Shown: positions 36,796 through 49,803, numbered from the stretch's first letter. The stretch: 64,000 nt of DNA from Octopus sinensis (GCF_006345805.1 NC_043005.1:88536001-88600000); one strand, 5' to 3'. Numbers and translations: made by a program. The notes: a model not told the origin generated them from the letters alone.

Positions 36796-37921
36796 TTAAT
36801 ATGTCACCTGGTTTAATATCCCCACCTGACCCTTGGTGAAGCACATGACTTAGTGGTTAGGGTATTACACTCATGATTGCAAGACCATGGTTTCGATTCC
36901 CAGTCCAGGCTATGCAAAATGTTGCATGTGGCTTGAGTTCACTCAACTGTAAATAAATAAACCGTGATGACCTGGCAGCCTATTCAAGGGAATGCAGGGG
37001 ATCTCAGTCACTGATCTTTAATCTTTTATCTTTTGTTTTAGTCATAAGACTGCAGTCATGCTGGAGTATCACCATCAATCATTTTTTTTTTTGTCAAATG
37101 AATTGATCCCAGTAACTTTCTTTTTTTTCAAAACCTTGAAACTTATTCTATCAATCTATTTTGCTGAACTGCTATGTTACAAGGATTTAAACAAACCAAC
37201 ACCAGTTATTAAGTGGCGGCGGTGGGCAACAAACACAGACACACATATGCAACAGGATTCTTCCAGTTTCCCTGTGTCTCCAAGTAATCTTCAGAACCTA
37301 AAGATTGCTTGGAGGCACAAGAACCAAAATCTGCCAAGTCACATGTCTTCATAACAAGAAACTATTAGTAGCTCTTATCTTTGCACAGTATATATCATCA
37401 TCATCATCATCGTTTAACATCCGCTTTCCATGCTGGCATGGGTTGGACGGTTTGATTGGGGACTGGCAAGCCAGGAGGCTGCACCAGGGTCCAATCTAAA
37501 TCTGGCAGTGTTTCTACAGCTGGATGCCCATCCTAATGCCAACCACTCCGAGAGTGTAGTGGGTGCTTTTTACGTGCCACTGGCATGAGAGCCAGTCAGG
37601 TGGCACTGGCATCAGCCATGTTCAGATGGTGTTTTATATGAGCTGCTGGCACAGGAGCCAGTCAGGGCGTGAGGGGGGGGGCTGACATCAACCACATTTG
37701 GATGGTGCTTTTTACATATATATACTCTCTCTTTTACCCTTTTTCAGTCATTTGACTGTGGCCATGCTGGAGCACCACCTTTAGTCGAGCAAATCGACCC
37801 CAGGACTTATTCTTTGTAAGCCTAGCACTTATTCTATCGGTCTCACTAAGTTACGGGGACATAAACACACCAGCATCGGTTGTCAAGCAATGTTGGGGGG
37901 ACAAACACAAACATATACACA

Positions 37922-37970
<49 letters not shown>

Positions 37971-38324
37971 GATGGGTTTCTTTCAGTTTCCGTCTACCAA
38001 CTCCACTCACAAGGCTTTGGTTGGCCCGAGGCTATTGTAGAAGACACTTGCCCAAGGTGCCACACTGTGGTACTGAACCCGGAACCATGTGGTTTGTAAG
38101 CAAGCTACTTACCACACAGCCACTCCTGTGCCTATATTATTACGATGAAACACATGTTGAAGAAAGTCCAACAAATAAATGTCAATAGCAGGATGGGTCA
38201 AAATGAATGTTGCACAGAATAAAGTTTAATACCAAATCCATTTTCTCATTTACTAATATAATTACATATATATATATCTATATAAACCTTTTTCTATTTT
38301 CTTTCCCGGTTTCTTTCTGTGTTC

Positions 38325-38360
38325 CTTTCTATTTAAGAGTGTGGGCTCGAAACATAAAAG
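38325..38360 (+). ncRNA. Inactivated hammerhead relic
   Basis: Stem I CTTT/AAAG, stem II GAGT/GCTC and GAAAC are retained, but the core reads CTATTTA and stem III reads ACAT. Confidence 0.4.
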
Positions 38361-39267
38361 ACTTTCTCACCTTCCTGAGCGTTAAACTAATACATCTGTT
38401 TGATGTTTACACATCTCTCTTCATCTTTTGTTTTTTTGTAAATTCTCACTATATATATATATATATATAAATATATATACAAAATATGGGTGTTTAATTC
38501 ACAGGTGATCTAATTTTTCCCAATAATAATAATGTATACAACTTGAGATGTTTGCCTTGCCTTAACGTTTGTTGTCCTCTTTAACAAATATATATATATA
38601 CATGTATATACATGTATGTATATATATATTTCGTTTTTGGATTTGGTTTGCAAGATTCTTTATATGATTTTGTGTGTTCAAGTATATTCTGTTGTGTCTG
38701 AGGAGAGTCATTTTCTTTTTATGCTTTATAATGTAACACACTCACTGGTAAAAATTTCCACTTTTTAAATTTTTATTTTTATAATGGTTGCAAGACACAA
38801 TGAAAATTTTAGGAAAATAAAAATAAGAAAAAAGTGGAAATTTTTACTGTTGAGTATGTTACATTATAAGGCACAAAAAGAAAATGACTCTCCCCAGACA
38901 ACAGAATATCTATCTATCTATATATATATATATATATACACACACACATATCCATCCAGCATGGAAAACAGACATTAAAGGATAATGATGAAAATGGTGA
39001 TGATGCAGACAGACAGACAGACAATTTTATATTATGATGGGCTTCTTTCAGCCTTGGTCTACCAAATCCATGTGCAAGGCTTTTATCAATCAGGCCATAG
39101 TAGAAGATCCTGCCCGAGGTGTCCACATGGTGGGACTGAATCTGAATCCAAATGTTTGCAAAGCAAGTTTCTTAACCACACACCTATGTCTGCATCACAA
39201 ATAAAATTTAAGTTTTTGTACACAGAACAGGGGAAGAAAGAAAAAAAATTGAGAAACACACACATAG

Positions 39268-39672
39268 GCGCAGGAGTGGCTGTGTGGTAAGTAGCTTGCT
39301 TATGAACTACATGGTTCCGGGTTCAGTCCCACTGCGTGGCATCTTGGGCAAATGTCTTCTACTATAGCCTCGGGCCGACCAAAGCCTTGTGAGTGGATTT
39401 GGTAGACGGAAACTGAAAGAGGCCTGTCGTATGTATGTATATATGTATGTGTGTGTGTTTGTGTGTCTGTGTTTGTCCCCCTAGCATTGCTTGACAACCG
39501 ATGCTGGTGTGTTTACGTCCCCGTCACTTAGCGGTTCGGCAAAAAGAAACCGATAGAATAAGTACTGGGCTTACAAAGAATAAGTCCCGGGGTCGATTTG
39601 CTCGACTAAAGGCGATGCTCCAGCATGGCCGCAGTCAAATGACTGAAACAAGTAAAAGTAAAAGTAAGTAAA
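39268..39672 (+). mobile_element. Full-length tRNA-derived SINE, family B
   Basis: Head GGCGCAGGAGTGGCTGTGTGGTAAG...GGTTCAGTCCC, central (TA/TG)n, tail ...GACTGAAACAAGTAAAAG. Other copies at ~24530-24915(-), 29290-29570(+), 30490-30880(-), 35060-35340(+), 37735-38135(-). Confidence 0.9.
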
Positions 39673-40388
39673 AAGTATACACAAAGTACTGTTTCCCCCC
39701 AACACTCAGAAATGAACTTTGGAACTTGGTAGAATAATTATCTTTAATTTGTGTCCAAAGTTGAAATACTGATCAAGATAGCAGATGTCTTTGCAAACTG
39801 ATGAAGTTTAGGAAAGAAATTGCTATCAGTAAGATAAATGTTGATGTCATACTTTCATACAACATTGTTGATAATAACATCACAAAAGGACAGAACAACT
39901 GAATACTTCACAGGATTTTAACTTTTTTTTCTTCTTTTTTTTTGCTTTTTAATACACTGAAAGGTACCACATAAAAAGCACCCAGTACACTCTGTAAAGT
40001 GGTTGGCATTAGGAAGGGCATCCAGCTGTAGAAACCATGCCAAAACAGACAATAGAGTCTGGTGTAGCTCCCTTGGTTACCAGCTCCTGTTAACCCATCC
40101 AACCCATGCCAGCATGGAAAAATGGATGTATGATGATGATGAGAAGGATGGATAAACAGGAGTGTGGTTTCTTGTCAGCTACTCCAGACTCAAAGGAAAA
40201 CTTGAACCCAGATGTGTAAAGTGTTTACTGTTTTGACCTTTATCTTCTAATACAGCTAGGTCCAGTGCCAGGCTATCAACAATTGACCCTTAAATCATTC
40301 ACATTCAGATTACTCCTGTCAAGTGTGAAGCTTATTTTTAGGATGACATTGCAGGGCAGGTGTGAGAGGCTGGATCTAGTTGGTTTAA

Positions 40389-40598
40389 CCCTTTCATTAC
40401 CATATTTTTGTTGAGATGCTCTGTGTTTCTTTCAATTATTCTAAATATAACAAAGTAAAATGACTTTACTTTAAGATAGTGTTAGGAACATGAATTGTGA
40501 CTAAGGTTTGGTGGAAGATTTTAATTCAAAACTTACGAAAACAAGACATTTATACAATAGAGCCAGAGGTGGTTTCAGCCAGGTTGATACTGAAAGGG
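40389..40598. mobile_element. piggyBac-like MITE, family 1
   Basis: TTAA|CCCTTT...AAAGGG|TTAA. Related copies at 36572-36795, 40623-40846, 42070-42275 (opposite orientation), with fragments near 55400 and 57670. Confidence 0.85.
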
Positions 40599-42069
40599 TT
40601 AAAAATATCATGGTGACTTTAACCCTTTTGTTACCATATTTCAGTTGAGATGTTCTGTGTTTCTTTCAATTAATTTTAAATATAACAAAGAATTTAGTAA
40701 AATAACTTAGTTATCATTAAGCTTAGTGTTAGGAACATAAATTGTGACTAAGGTTTGGTGGAAGATTTTAATTCAGAACTTATGTAAACAAGACATTTGT
40801 ACTACAGAGCAGGAGGCAGTTTCAGGTAGGGTTGGTAAAGAAAGGGTCAAATACTGAAGTGTTAAATTTTCCAATCAGAAGATTCTTATCTCTTGGCAGT
40901 CAACCAACCCTAATCTATCTCCTCCTCTTCATCATCATCATTTAATGTCTGTTTTCCATGCTGGCATGGGTTGGATGGTTAGAACTGCACCAGGCTCGAA
41001 TTGTCTGTTTAGATTTTATTTCTATGGTTGGGTGCCTTCCTAACATGAACTACTTTACAGAGTGGACTAGCTACTTTTTTACTTTTTACATGGCATCATC
41101 AGCACTGCTTTCTTTGCAACACCACTGCTTTTTATGTGGCACCATTACCAGGGCTTTTTATATTCTTTTTTCGTTCCAACTCAATGCCATCGAACCTTGC
41201 ACAACCATCTTCATGGTTTCCTTCCCTTCTGCTCCTTTGATCTCTTTCCTCTATTTTTACATCGTTATCACCAACCCCTGGAAATTATCTCCCTTGCTAG
41301 TACTCATAGGGCCAATTAACCACTTTCCACACCAAACAAGTGACTGAGATAGCAATATTCCCCTTGAATGGGGACACCAGTTCAACATAAGGACTGGAGC
41401 GAAAGAGAAATGAAGTGTTTTACTCAACGGCACAATACACTGCCAGGTCTGGGAATTGAAACTGTGACCTTGCAATCATGAGTGCAACACCCGCCACCAC
41501 TAGGCTACACACCTGCACTCTGTTAACACCTCTTAATACAATCCTCCCCTTCACTTCATAAAATTTCACCACTTTCCCTTCTCCTCCTCCCTCTATATTT
41601 TATCACCCTCTTCTCTTTCAACCTATGACACTTTACATTGATTATGACATTACAAAGAAATAGGTGTGTGTGTGTGTGCGCATTTCAGTGCACACAAATA
41701 TTCAGCTGAAACAGGGATCAACAAACCCTGTGGCTCGGACAATGAGCAAATAAAAAATGTGGTCTGATAAAATGCATTCTACTGTTATTGGGAGGGGTGG
41801 AATTAATGATGGTCATCAGCCAGTTGTGGGAATCAATTATGGCTGAGGTGGTCCATCTACATTACATATAGATGATGGCTAAGAAATATTGCTTCCCAAC
41901 CACATGGTTTTAGGTTCAATTTCAGGGGCAGGCATCTTGGTCAAATGTCTTCTGAGTGGATTTGGTAAACAAAAACTGAAAGGAGCCTGTTGTGTGTGTG
42001 TGTATCTTGAAGGCATATAGTTTAGTGGTTAGAGATGTTCAGTCCATAATGATAAGGTCACAAGTTTAA

Positions 42070-42275
42070 CCCTTTTGATACCAACCTGGCTGAAACTGGC
42101 CCTGAGTACAAATCTCATGTTTTCAAAAGTTCTGAATTAAAATCTTCCACCAAACCTTAGTCACAATTTATGTTCCTAACACTAGCTTAATAACTAAGTC
42201 GTATTGCTAAATTCTTTGTTATATCTAAAATTGAAAAAGAAACACAGAACATCTCAAAATACAGTAACGAAAGGG
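42070..42275. mobile_element. piggyBac-like MITE, family 1 (inverted relative to the 36.6 and 40.4 kb copies)
   Basis: TTAA|CCCTTTTGATACC...GAAAGGG|TTAA. Confidence 0.85.
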
Positions 42276-43789
42276 TTAATACCCAGTGGCACATTATGTC
42301 CTTGAGCAAGACACTTTATTTCGCATGGCTCCGGTCCACTCAGCTGGCAAAAATGAGCAGTACCTGTAATTACAAAAGGGCCAGCCTTGTCCCATTCTGT
42401 GTCACACTGAATCTCCCTGAGAACAATTTTAAGGCTACACGTGTCTATGGAGTACTCAGCCACTTACACATTAATTTCACGAGCAGGCTGTTTCACTGAA
42501 AGGATCAACTGGAACACTCGTCATCGTAACTGATTGAGTGCCAGTCAGTAGTTTATATATGTATATATATCATCATCACCATTGTTTAACGTTCGCTTTC
42601 CATGCTGGCATGGGTTGGACAGTTTGACTGAGGACTGGCAAGCCAGATGGCTGCAACAGACTTGAATCTGATCTAGTAGAGTTTCTACAGCTGGATGCCC
42701 TTCCTAATGCCAACCACTCTGAGTGGTTAGCATTAGGGCCAGTCAGGCGGTACTGGCAACGGCCACGCTTGAATGGTGCTTTTTATGTGCCACCTGCACA
42801 GGAGCCTGGATTAATGCGTATACATCAATTAGTGTGCTGAGGTGTTGATTAAAGCACTGCCTGGGTTACCTGGTGTCATCCACAGTTGGGGTATATTTCC
42901 TTTGGATCTACTTCAGAAATTCCAGTGTTAGTTGAGATAATTGGTTAAGTAAACAGCAGGTGGAATTAGTATAACTTTTTATTTTGTATGACAAGCATTT
43001 CAAACCATCCACAAAAATGGACAAAAAAAAAAAGAAAAAAAAATCTTTTTTTTATCCCTTTTAAAAAAAAGACAATTGCAGTCTGGAAGGTGTTTATAAG
43101 CCATTTAAAAACACACAAAAGCCTTTAGATTCACTTCAACATTTAAATTTAATTTGTCAAAATATTTTTGTTGCTTTGAAACTGTGACCTGTTCACAAAT
43201 AAAATTCCATAGGTCGCGGTTTCAAAGCCATACAAATATTTGGACAAATTAAATTTAAATGTTGAAGTGAATCTAAAGGCTTTTGTGTGTTTTTAAATGG
43301 CTTATAAACACCTTCCACGCTGTAATTGCTTTTGTTTCAACATGCAATCTCAGATCAGGTCACTTGCTATGCAAGTACATCTCCATAATTCCTATAAAAA
43401 AAGACTTCTCTTTATTTCCTTTCTTGTCTCCAGTTTATATTATTTGTTACGGACATTTAAGAATAAGGACAATCGTAGCAATGCCCTATTCCCTAACTGA
43501 AATGGGCAAATAGCAACATGACCGCCCAAACTCAATAAGACTGTCCAAACTCAAGATCTTTAGCCAGACACCACTTTATGTATAAATGTACCTGATGTGA
43601 CCCAGACTGCAAGATTGATGCAACACAATATGATGTACAGCATCCCACTCATAAGGGACAGTTGCAGGATGGGTCGAGACAATCATCATACAAAAGAGTT
43701 ATACCAATTCCATCTTCTGTTTACTTAACCGATTATTATATATATGAATGTGTGTGTGTATTTATATATATATAATATATATGAATGTA

Positions 43790-43990
43790 CAGAAAACAGA
43801 TTCCATCACATGCCAGAGAAAGAAACTAGAAGTAGTTAACAGCTTCTGCTACCTAGGTGACCAAGTCTGTAGTGGGGGTGGTTGCTCTGAGAGTGTAGCA
43901 ACTAGAGTAAGAATAGCCTGGGCAAAGTTAGACCGTCCAACCCATGCCAGCATGGAAAAACAGATGTTAAACGATGATGATGATGATGAA
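43790..43990 (+). mobile_element. RTE RT fragment joined directly to the common (GAT)n-tailed 3' end
   Basis: KLEVVNSFCYLGDQVCSGGGCSESVATRVRIAWAK (RTE YLG motif) followed by ACCGTCCAACCCATGCCAGCATGG...GATGATGAT. Confidence 0.75.
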
Positions 43991-44679
43991 GAAGATATAA
44001 ACGTGTGTGTTTGCAAGAGTGAGTTTATATTTCTCTCATCTAGATGTGTCGCACAGGTTATACACCCTGGCTTTGCAAACAATGTCATTTACTTGCAGTT
44101 CCCTATAAAGACATGTCCAGGCTTCTTGATGCGACCGTAACATGCTACACCCTCTCTGTAAACAGAAAAAGTTCATCCCAGTATCGCTTGATTCCAGTTC
44201 TCCACACAAGCATGTCCTGTCCAGGTCGTTTGTAGTTTGATACACTGACATTATCATCTTGATTGGGAACAGTTGAGTCGAGGACAGGAAGGGCATCCAG
44301 TCATAGAAAACTCTGCCCCAATATGTTCTCATCTGATGCATGCAAGCATGGAAAAGTAGATGTAAAAACAATTATGATGATGATACAGTGATGTCAATTA
44401 ATATAACTTATACTAATGGTTAATGTTAATTATTTACATTTAATTAATCACTGTTCAAACAATATAGGTAGGTATGTATGTATGTATGTATACATACATA
44501 CATACAATCCTTTTAATTATGAATATGTTTTTATTCTTTTAAATGGCATAAATTTAATGAGGAACAAATTTTAATTAGTATAATTTAATTACTGATAGCT
44601 TTGAAAAACCACAAAAGACAGCATCAGCAACTATTTAATTAGATCACCAAGATATCTGTTGTGATGGCTAACAGAATAA

Positions 44680-44861
44680 CAATGTTTCTCAACCTTTTTA
44701 GTATCTGGGCCAGATATAAAAACCTGGATTTTTTGGGGGGCTGCACCAAAAAAATAGTAAAACATATTTTATTATATTTGTGAAGGGAAACTGTCCGGGA
44801 CTGCTTGAAGGGTGCCTGTGAGGCTGCATGGGGCCCTGGGAACTGTGGTTGAGAATTACTG
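44680..44861. mobile_element. hAT-like MITE remnant
   Basis: Ends CAATGTTTCTCAACC and GGTTGAGAATTACTG resemble hAT/Charlie TIRs; no 8-bp TSD recognisable. Confidence 0.55.
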
Positions 44862-46249
44862 ACTTTGAGACATGACTGAGAACTGCTCAGTTATTTCAAC
44901 TGAAATGAATAAACAAACCTACTCAATCATCTACACATACATACACAATCGACCACATGTTCCAAACCTTGTTTACCTTAAGTAACGAGGAGTGAGTTTA
45001 TTGCCCATATTATTAACAAGACAATGAGCTGATAATAAAAAATAGCCATAAAATGAAATTTATCTGCAGAGAATATTTAGAAGTACCTCCTTGAGACATG
45101 GTTGCTATGCAAAGCTGAAGTAGTGAGACAGCAAACTATTGGTAGATGAGGGAACTGAAAGGAAAGGGCTAGTCTTTCTGCTGATTTGTGTGTGTGTGTG
45201 TGAGAGATAATGATCATCATCATTTAACATTCAAATTCCCCTGTTCACATGAATCAGACAGAATTTGTTGAGGTAAATTTTCAGTAGGTGGATGCTCTTC
45301 CTGTCACCCACTCTTGCCTGTTTCCAAGCAAACCAATAATTTTTCCATGGCCAGACATGCTTTTAAAGAAGACTGGAAACGACAGACACAGTTTCTATGT
45401 GGGTGACACTCATTTATAACCATGGGATGATGTCAAGAGAAGGAGAGACATAAACACATACTCATGGTTCTAAGTAATTTCGTCTATAACAATTTATCTG
45501 TGTGTGTGTGTGCTTGTATATATGTGTGTGTGTGTGGTTGTAGACGAATTGGCCAGATACCCACACTCATACATGACTGCCTTCTTTTGATTTTCTGTCA
45601 GCCGAAGACACTTACCAAGGTACCACACACTGAGACTGAACCTGACCCCACAAGACTCAGAAGTAATAAGTTCCATTCCAATGACAGCCAAGCATGGGTC
45701 AGTTAGTACTAAAGAGTGGGTGAAAGCTGGATCCATCAGGACAAGAACATGTGTGTATGAGGTGGTAGTGTGGGGTGGCGTCTATGCACAGAATCTCAGA
45801 TGGCTGTCTACTCTATGAGACACCTATATCTGTCCCTTCGATACCTTAAATTTCACAGATGGTACAAAACCACTCTGCTGAATACTACTCCCCCGCCCCA
45901 ACTCCCAGTTGAAGGGTTTTTACTGCACAAGGTACTTGGTGACCCTGTCAGTGCTGGTGTCACATAAAAAGCACTCAGAACACTGTAAAGTGGTTGGCAT
46001 TTGGAAGGGCTTCCAGCTGTAGGAACCAAGCCAAAACAGACAAGAGACCCTGGAGTTTGGTGCAGCTCTATGGCTTGCCAATCCCCATCAAACCATCTAT
46101 AATAATAATAATAAAGAAATTATTGCTTATAATGCTCAGGTGCCCTACAACTCATCAAAGGTGTATGTACAGCACATAGAATTATGAACAAAAGTCAGGA
46201 AAGTGAACAGTGTAAGAGTCAGGATATACATGTGTGCATGCATATGGAG

Positions 46250-46500
46250 GGGGGATATCGGGTGTAGTGTTGGCAAGTTTCAGGAAGCATGGAAGTTTTA
46301 AAGGATGCAATGTCTTGGCAACTAACAAATGATGCAGGCAGTTTGTTCCATGCTTCAGCAACTCTGAGTGTGAAAAAAATGTTTCCGAAAGTCATGGGAG
46401 CTGTGCTGTTTCCTGACTTTGTAGGCATGCCCACATGTGTTAGACACATGAAGCTCAAAAAGGTGCTCAAGGTGGTTGTTGGTATGATGGTTAATAATAT
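46250..46500 (-). mobile_element. CR1-group LINE 3' ORF2 end
   Basis: FFTLRVAEAWNKLPASFVSCQDIASFK (FFSxRVVxxWNxLP motif); overlapping 3' UTR sequence of the same family at 30130-30355 (+) and 62289-62490 (-). Confidence 0.75.
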
Positions 46501-46666
46501 TAACCCATGCCAGTATGGAAAATAGATGTTAAAAGGTGATGATGGCACACCCTAGTATAATTGGCACCTTTTTTTCTTTTTGTACGTGGTGCTAGCAATA
46601 AATTCAACATTCAAGAAACAGAAGAGAAAGAATCCACAGAATTGTAATGAAACGTGTAAAACTTAC

Positions 46667-46762
46667 CTTACTGTCTCGTTCAAGTTCATTTCTTAACCAT
46701 TCAAAGTCACTGTAACGTCGACGGACACTAGAATCTTTTAACTTGAAAACTGGTAAATTAGT
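46667..46762 (-). CDS. SNX3: Sorting nexin SNX3/SNX12 family, coding exon 2 (96 nt, PX domain)
   Basis: Acceptor ttttcag, donor AAG|GTAAGT. Translates [32 protein letters not shown] with the PX-domain RRYSDF motif; near-identical to SNX3/SNX12. Confidence 0.96.
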
Positions 46763-48039
46763 CTGAAAATAGAAAACAGACAAGTTATGCTGTGGACACT
46801 TTAAGCCAGTGGAACAACCCCTCTTTTTGATTCCTATTTCATTCAAATATACCCTCACAGCCATTTGATGGTTAAAAAACAAATCCTTATTTAATCATAT
46901 TTTTAAAATTAAATATCATTAGGAATTCTATAAAAAAATTCTTTAAATATTTTGAGCATTGTAGAAATAAAACCAGTTTATCACAGATCAAGTTTAACAA
47001 CAAACCCTTATATGGACCCAGGTTGAGAACTACAGCTTTAAACCAAAGAAATAAGTTTAAGGATTAGTCATGAGATTTAAATACCATCTAAGTGAATTTA
47101 GATTTCATTTTATGAAGAGTCAGTAAGTCATAGGAGAGGCACCCACTTTTCCATTCTGGAATGGATGGGGCTGTTTATCACTAACCCCTTTGTTACCATG
47201 TTTCTGATGAAATAAACTTTGTTTCAATTAATTTTGATAAATGAATTTAAAAAAATAATTTTTCTATACTTTTTGGCATTCATGATTACTCTGTCAAATG
47301 TAATACTTATTTACTCACATTGGTTTTTAATTAATTAATCTCTTGTAACTTTGAGATTTCAAAGACGTGACAGTTTATTTTTAGTATGACATTGTAGGGT
47401 AGGTGTGAGAGGCCAGGCCTGGCCAGTTTGAACATAAAACAGGGAGAATATTTGGGCCAGATATGGCCAGTTTAAATGTTAAAGGGGGTGGTCACAGACA
47501 GGTTGGTATTTAAATCGTTAAGCCAATGTTTTTGCAGGTGAGAATAGTTCACAACATCGACTATTTAACAATGAAGTAAATAAGAGTTTCAAGTTATAGC
47601 CAGGCAAACTAAAGGAACCAGATTCATGTCTTGTGCCAGTTTCTCAGACAGACCTCAATCTCATCATCCACTTCTCCAGGTTTGCATGGCTCAGATGGTA
47701 TTTCTTGAGGCAGATTTTCTGCAGCTGAATGTCCTTCCTGTTTCCAAGTGGGGTAATATCCACCCCCCACCCCCGCCCAACAGGTCTTCATGGAAGATCG
47801 GAAATGAATGTGACACTCATTTACAACAACCATGTAATGACAAGATAGGGAGACACTAACACACACACAGATACAAAACGGGCTTCTTCCAGTTTCCATC
47901 GACTGAATCCAATACCAGTGACAAGGCTTTGGTCAGCCCAGGGTTACAGTAGAAGACATTTGCTCAAGGTGCTACACAGGGGATTGAACCTTAAACCATG
48001 TTTACAAAGCAAACATCTCAATCACACAGCTACACCTGC

Positions 48040-48390
48040 ATATATGTATGTATGTATGCATGTGTATGTGGGCAAGTATGTATGTGTGTATGTGTGTGTA
48101 TGTATGTGTGTTAGTTTGTGTATGTATGTGTGTTTGGTGCACATGTATGTAGGTGTGTATGTATGTGTATATGTATATATGTGTGTCTATGGATATGTGG
48201 TATGTGTGTGTGTGTGTATATATATATATGTGTGTGTATATGTGTGTATGTAGATGTGTATGTATATGTAGATGTGTATGTATGTGTGCATATGTATATA
48301 ATGTATGTGTATGTTTGTATATCTATGTGTGTATGTATATGTGTGTGTATGTATATATATATATGTGTGTGTATATATGAATGTGTGTGT
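48040..48390. repeat. Degenerate (TG/TA)n microsatellite
   Basis: About 350 bp of mixed TG/TA dinucleotides; accounts for the overlapping spurious ORFs there. Confidence 0.95.
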
Positions 48391-48563
48391 ATTCCCCAAG
48401 ATAACAGAATCTCCCTTGCTATAGAACACAAACTGATTCTGATCTATTTTGGCAATTTCTTCAGAGGTATTACTCAGAGATTGAAATTCTGATCAGCCAC
48501 CAAATTCCTGGAGATCTTAGAAGGCTGCTCTGTCTACTCTCTAAACAAACAAAATATTCCTCA

Positions 48564-48946
48564 ACTAGCAGTATCGCCTGGCGTTGCTCGGGTTTGTTTC
48601 GACCCTTTAGAATTGGAATTTTTGAAAAGTAAAAATGTTGCATTATGTAGCTTGTTATTCTCTTTAAGCGGAAATTTTTCTGGTTGAAATACACCGAAAA
48701 ATGGCGACTCAGCAGTAAAAAAATCATAAAAAATAGGGATTTTCAGAGAAAAAAAGCACCTTTTTGATGTAAATAATTTTTGGTCCGATTTGAATGGTTT
48801 CCTCTACGGAAGGAAGAGCAAGCCTTCTTCTATCATACTCTCAATTTTGGTCAACTTGTGCCGCAGGGTCTCGGAGGAGATAGTGTTAGTTGAAGGCTAC
48901 CAAACCTGCCATACACAGACAACTTCAGCTTTATATATAGAGAGAT
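48564..48946 (+). mobile_element. Helitron/Helentron-type non-autonomous element
   Basis: Starts ACTAGCAGTATCGCCTGGCGTTGCTCGGG and ends CATACACAGACAACTTCAGCTTTATATATAGAGAGAT, an architecture typical of rolling-circle derivatives. Confidence 0.55.
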
Positions 48947-49519
48947 TATACAAACATCACTACACAACACTGCCTCTCCCTAAATTTCAGTCATAGACAT
49001 ATGACAACATATCAATCACCAGTAGGGACTCCATATTTGGTTGAGGAACTGTAATATACTAACTACATCATCACTACAAACTATATAAAAGGTTTATAGG
49101 TCAATACTTTGTCCTACCTGTGTTAGCAGTGTGATCCAGTCGCTTTCTGAAGTTATCTCCACAGAGTTTCTACATAATTTAGAGCCAACACTGAAAGTTA
49201 TGATGTTTCATACAGGAATACTTATATGTAAACAATGTGATTGAAGATAGAAAATAGGTAATGGCTGTATTTGGATAATTTAGTTGTTATTTCTTCTTCG
49301 TCAGCACCACATCCAACCAATTAACTATCCATCAATACATTGCTTAGATAAAAAAAATAACTAAAAAAAAATGTTTTTTTCTTGAGCCACGCCAGGATCA
49401 TGAGGGCTGGCTTCCTGGTTTCAATGGAGTTTATATTCCCCACCTGGGACGAGACGTTGGTCCGTCGCAGGATTACTCATTTCTGTCAGCTGAGTTGTTT
49501 TTGTTGTTTGTTCCTTCTC

Positions 49520-49803
49520 AAGCCATGTCTGGCCCATAAGGGCCGGTTTCCCGGTTTCCTTAGCATATAGGTTTCCCCACCTGGACGGGACGCTGGTCCG
49601 TCGCAGGTGAGCTGCAAGATGCAGGAGGAAAGAGAGAAAGTTGTGGCGAAAGAGTCAGCAGAAGTCCGTCATTACCTTCTGCCCAAGCCACGTGGAGCTT
49701 GGGTGTTTCGCTCATAAACATACATATCGCCTGGTCTGAGATTTGAACCCACAATCCCTTGATCACGAGTCCGCTGCTCTAACCACTAGGCCATGTGCCT
49801 CCA
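49520..49803 (-). mobile_element. tRNA-derived SINE with V-domain-like core, nested in a related SINE (49380-49940)
   Basis: Minus strand ACCTGCGACGGACCAGCGTCCCGTCCAGGTGGGG resembles the V-SINE central domain; CAGCTGAGT is duplicated around the insertion. Confidence 0.7.

Noticed and set aside
48111-48492. Several overlapping 75-124 aa ORFs
   Set aside because: They lie in a TG/TA microsatellite that lacks stop codons by composition.
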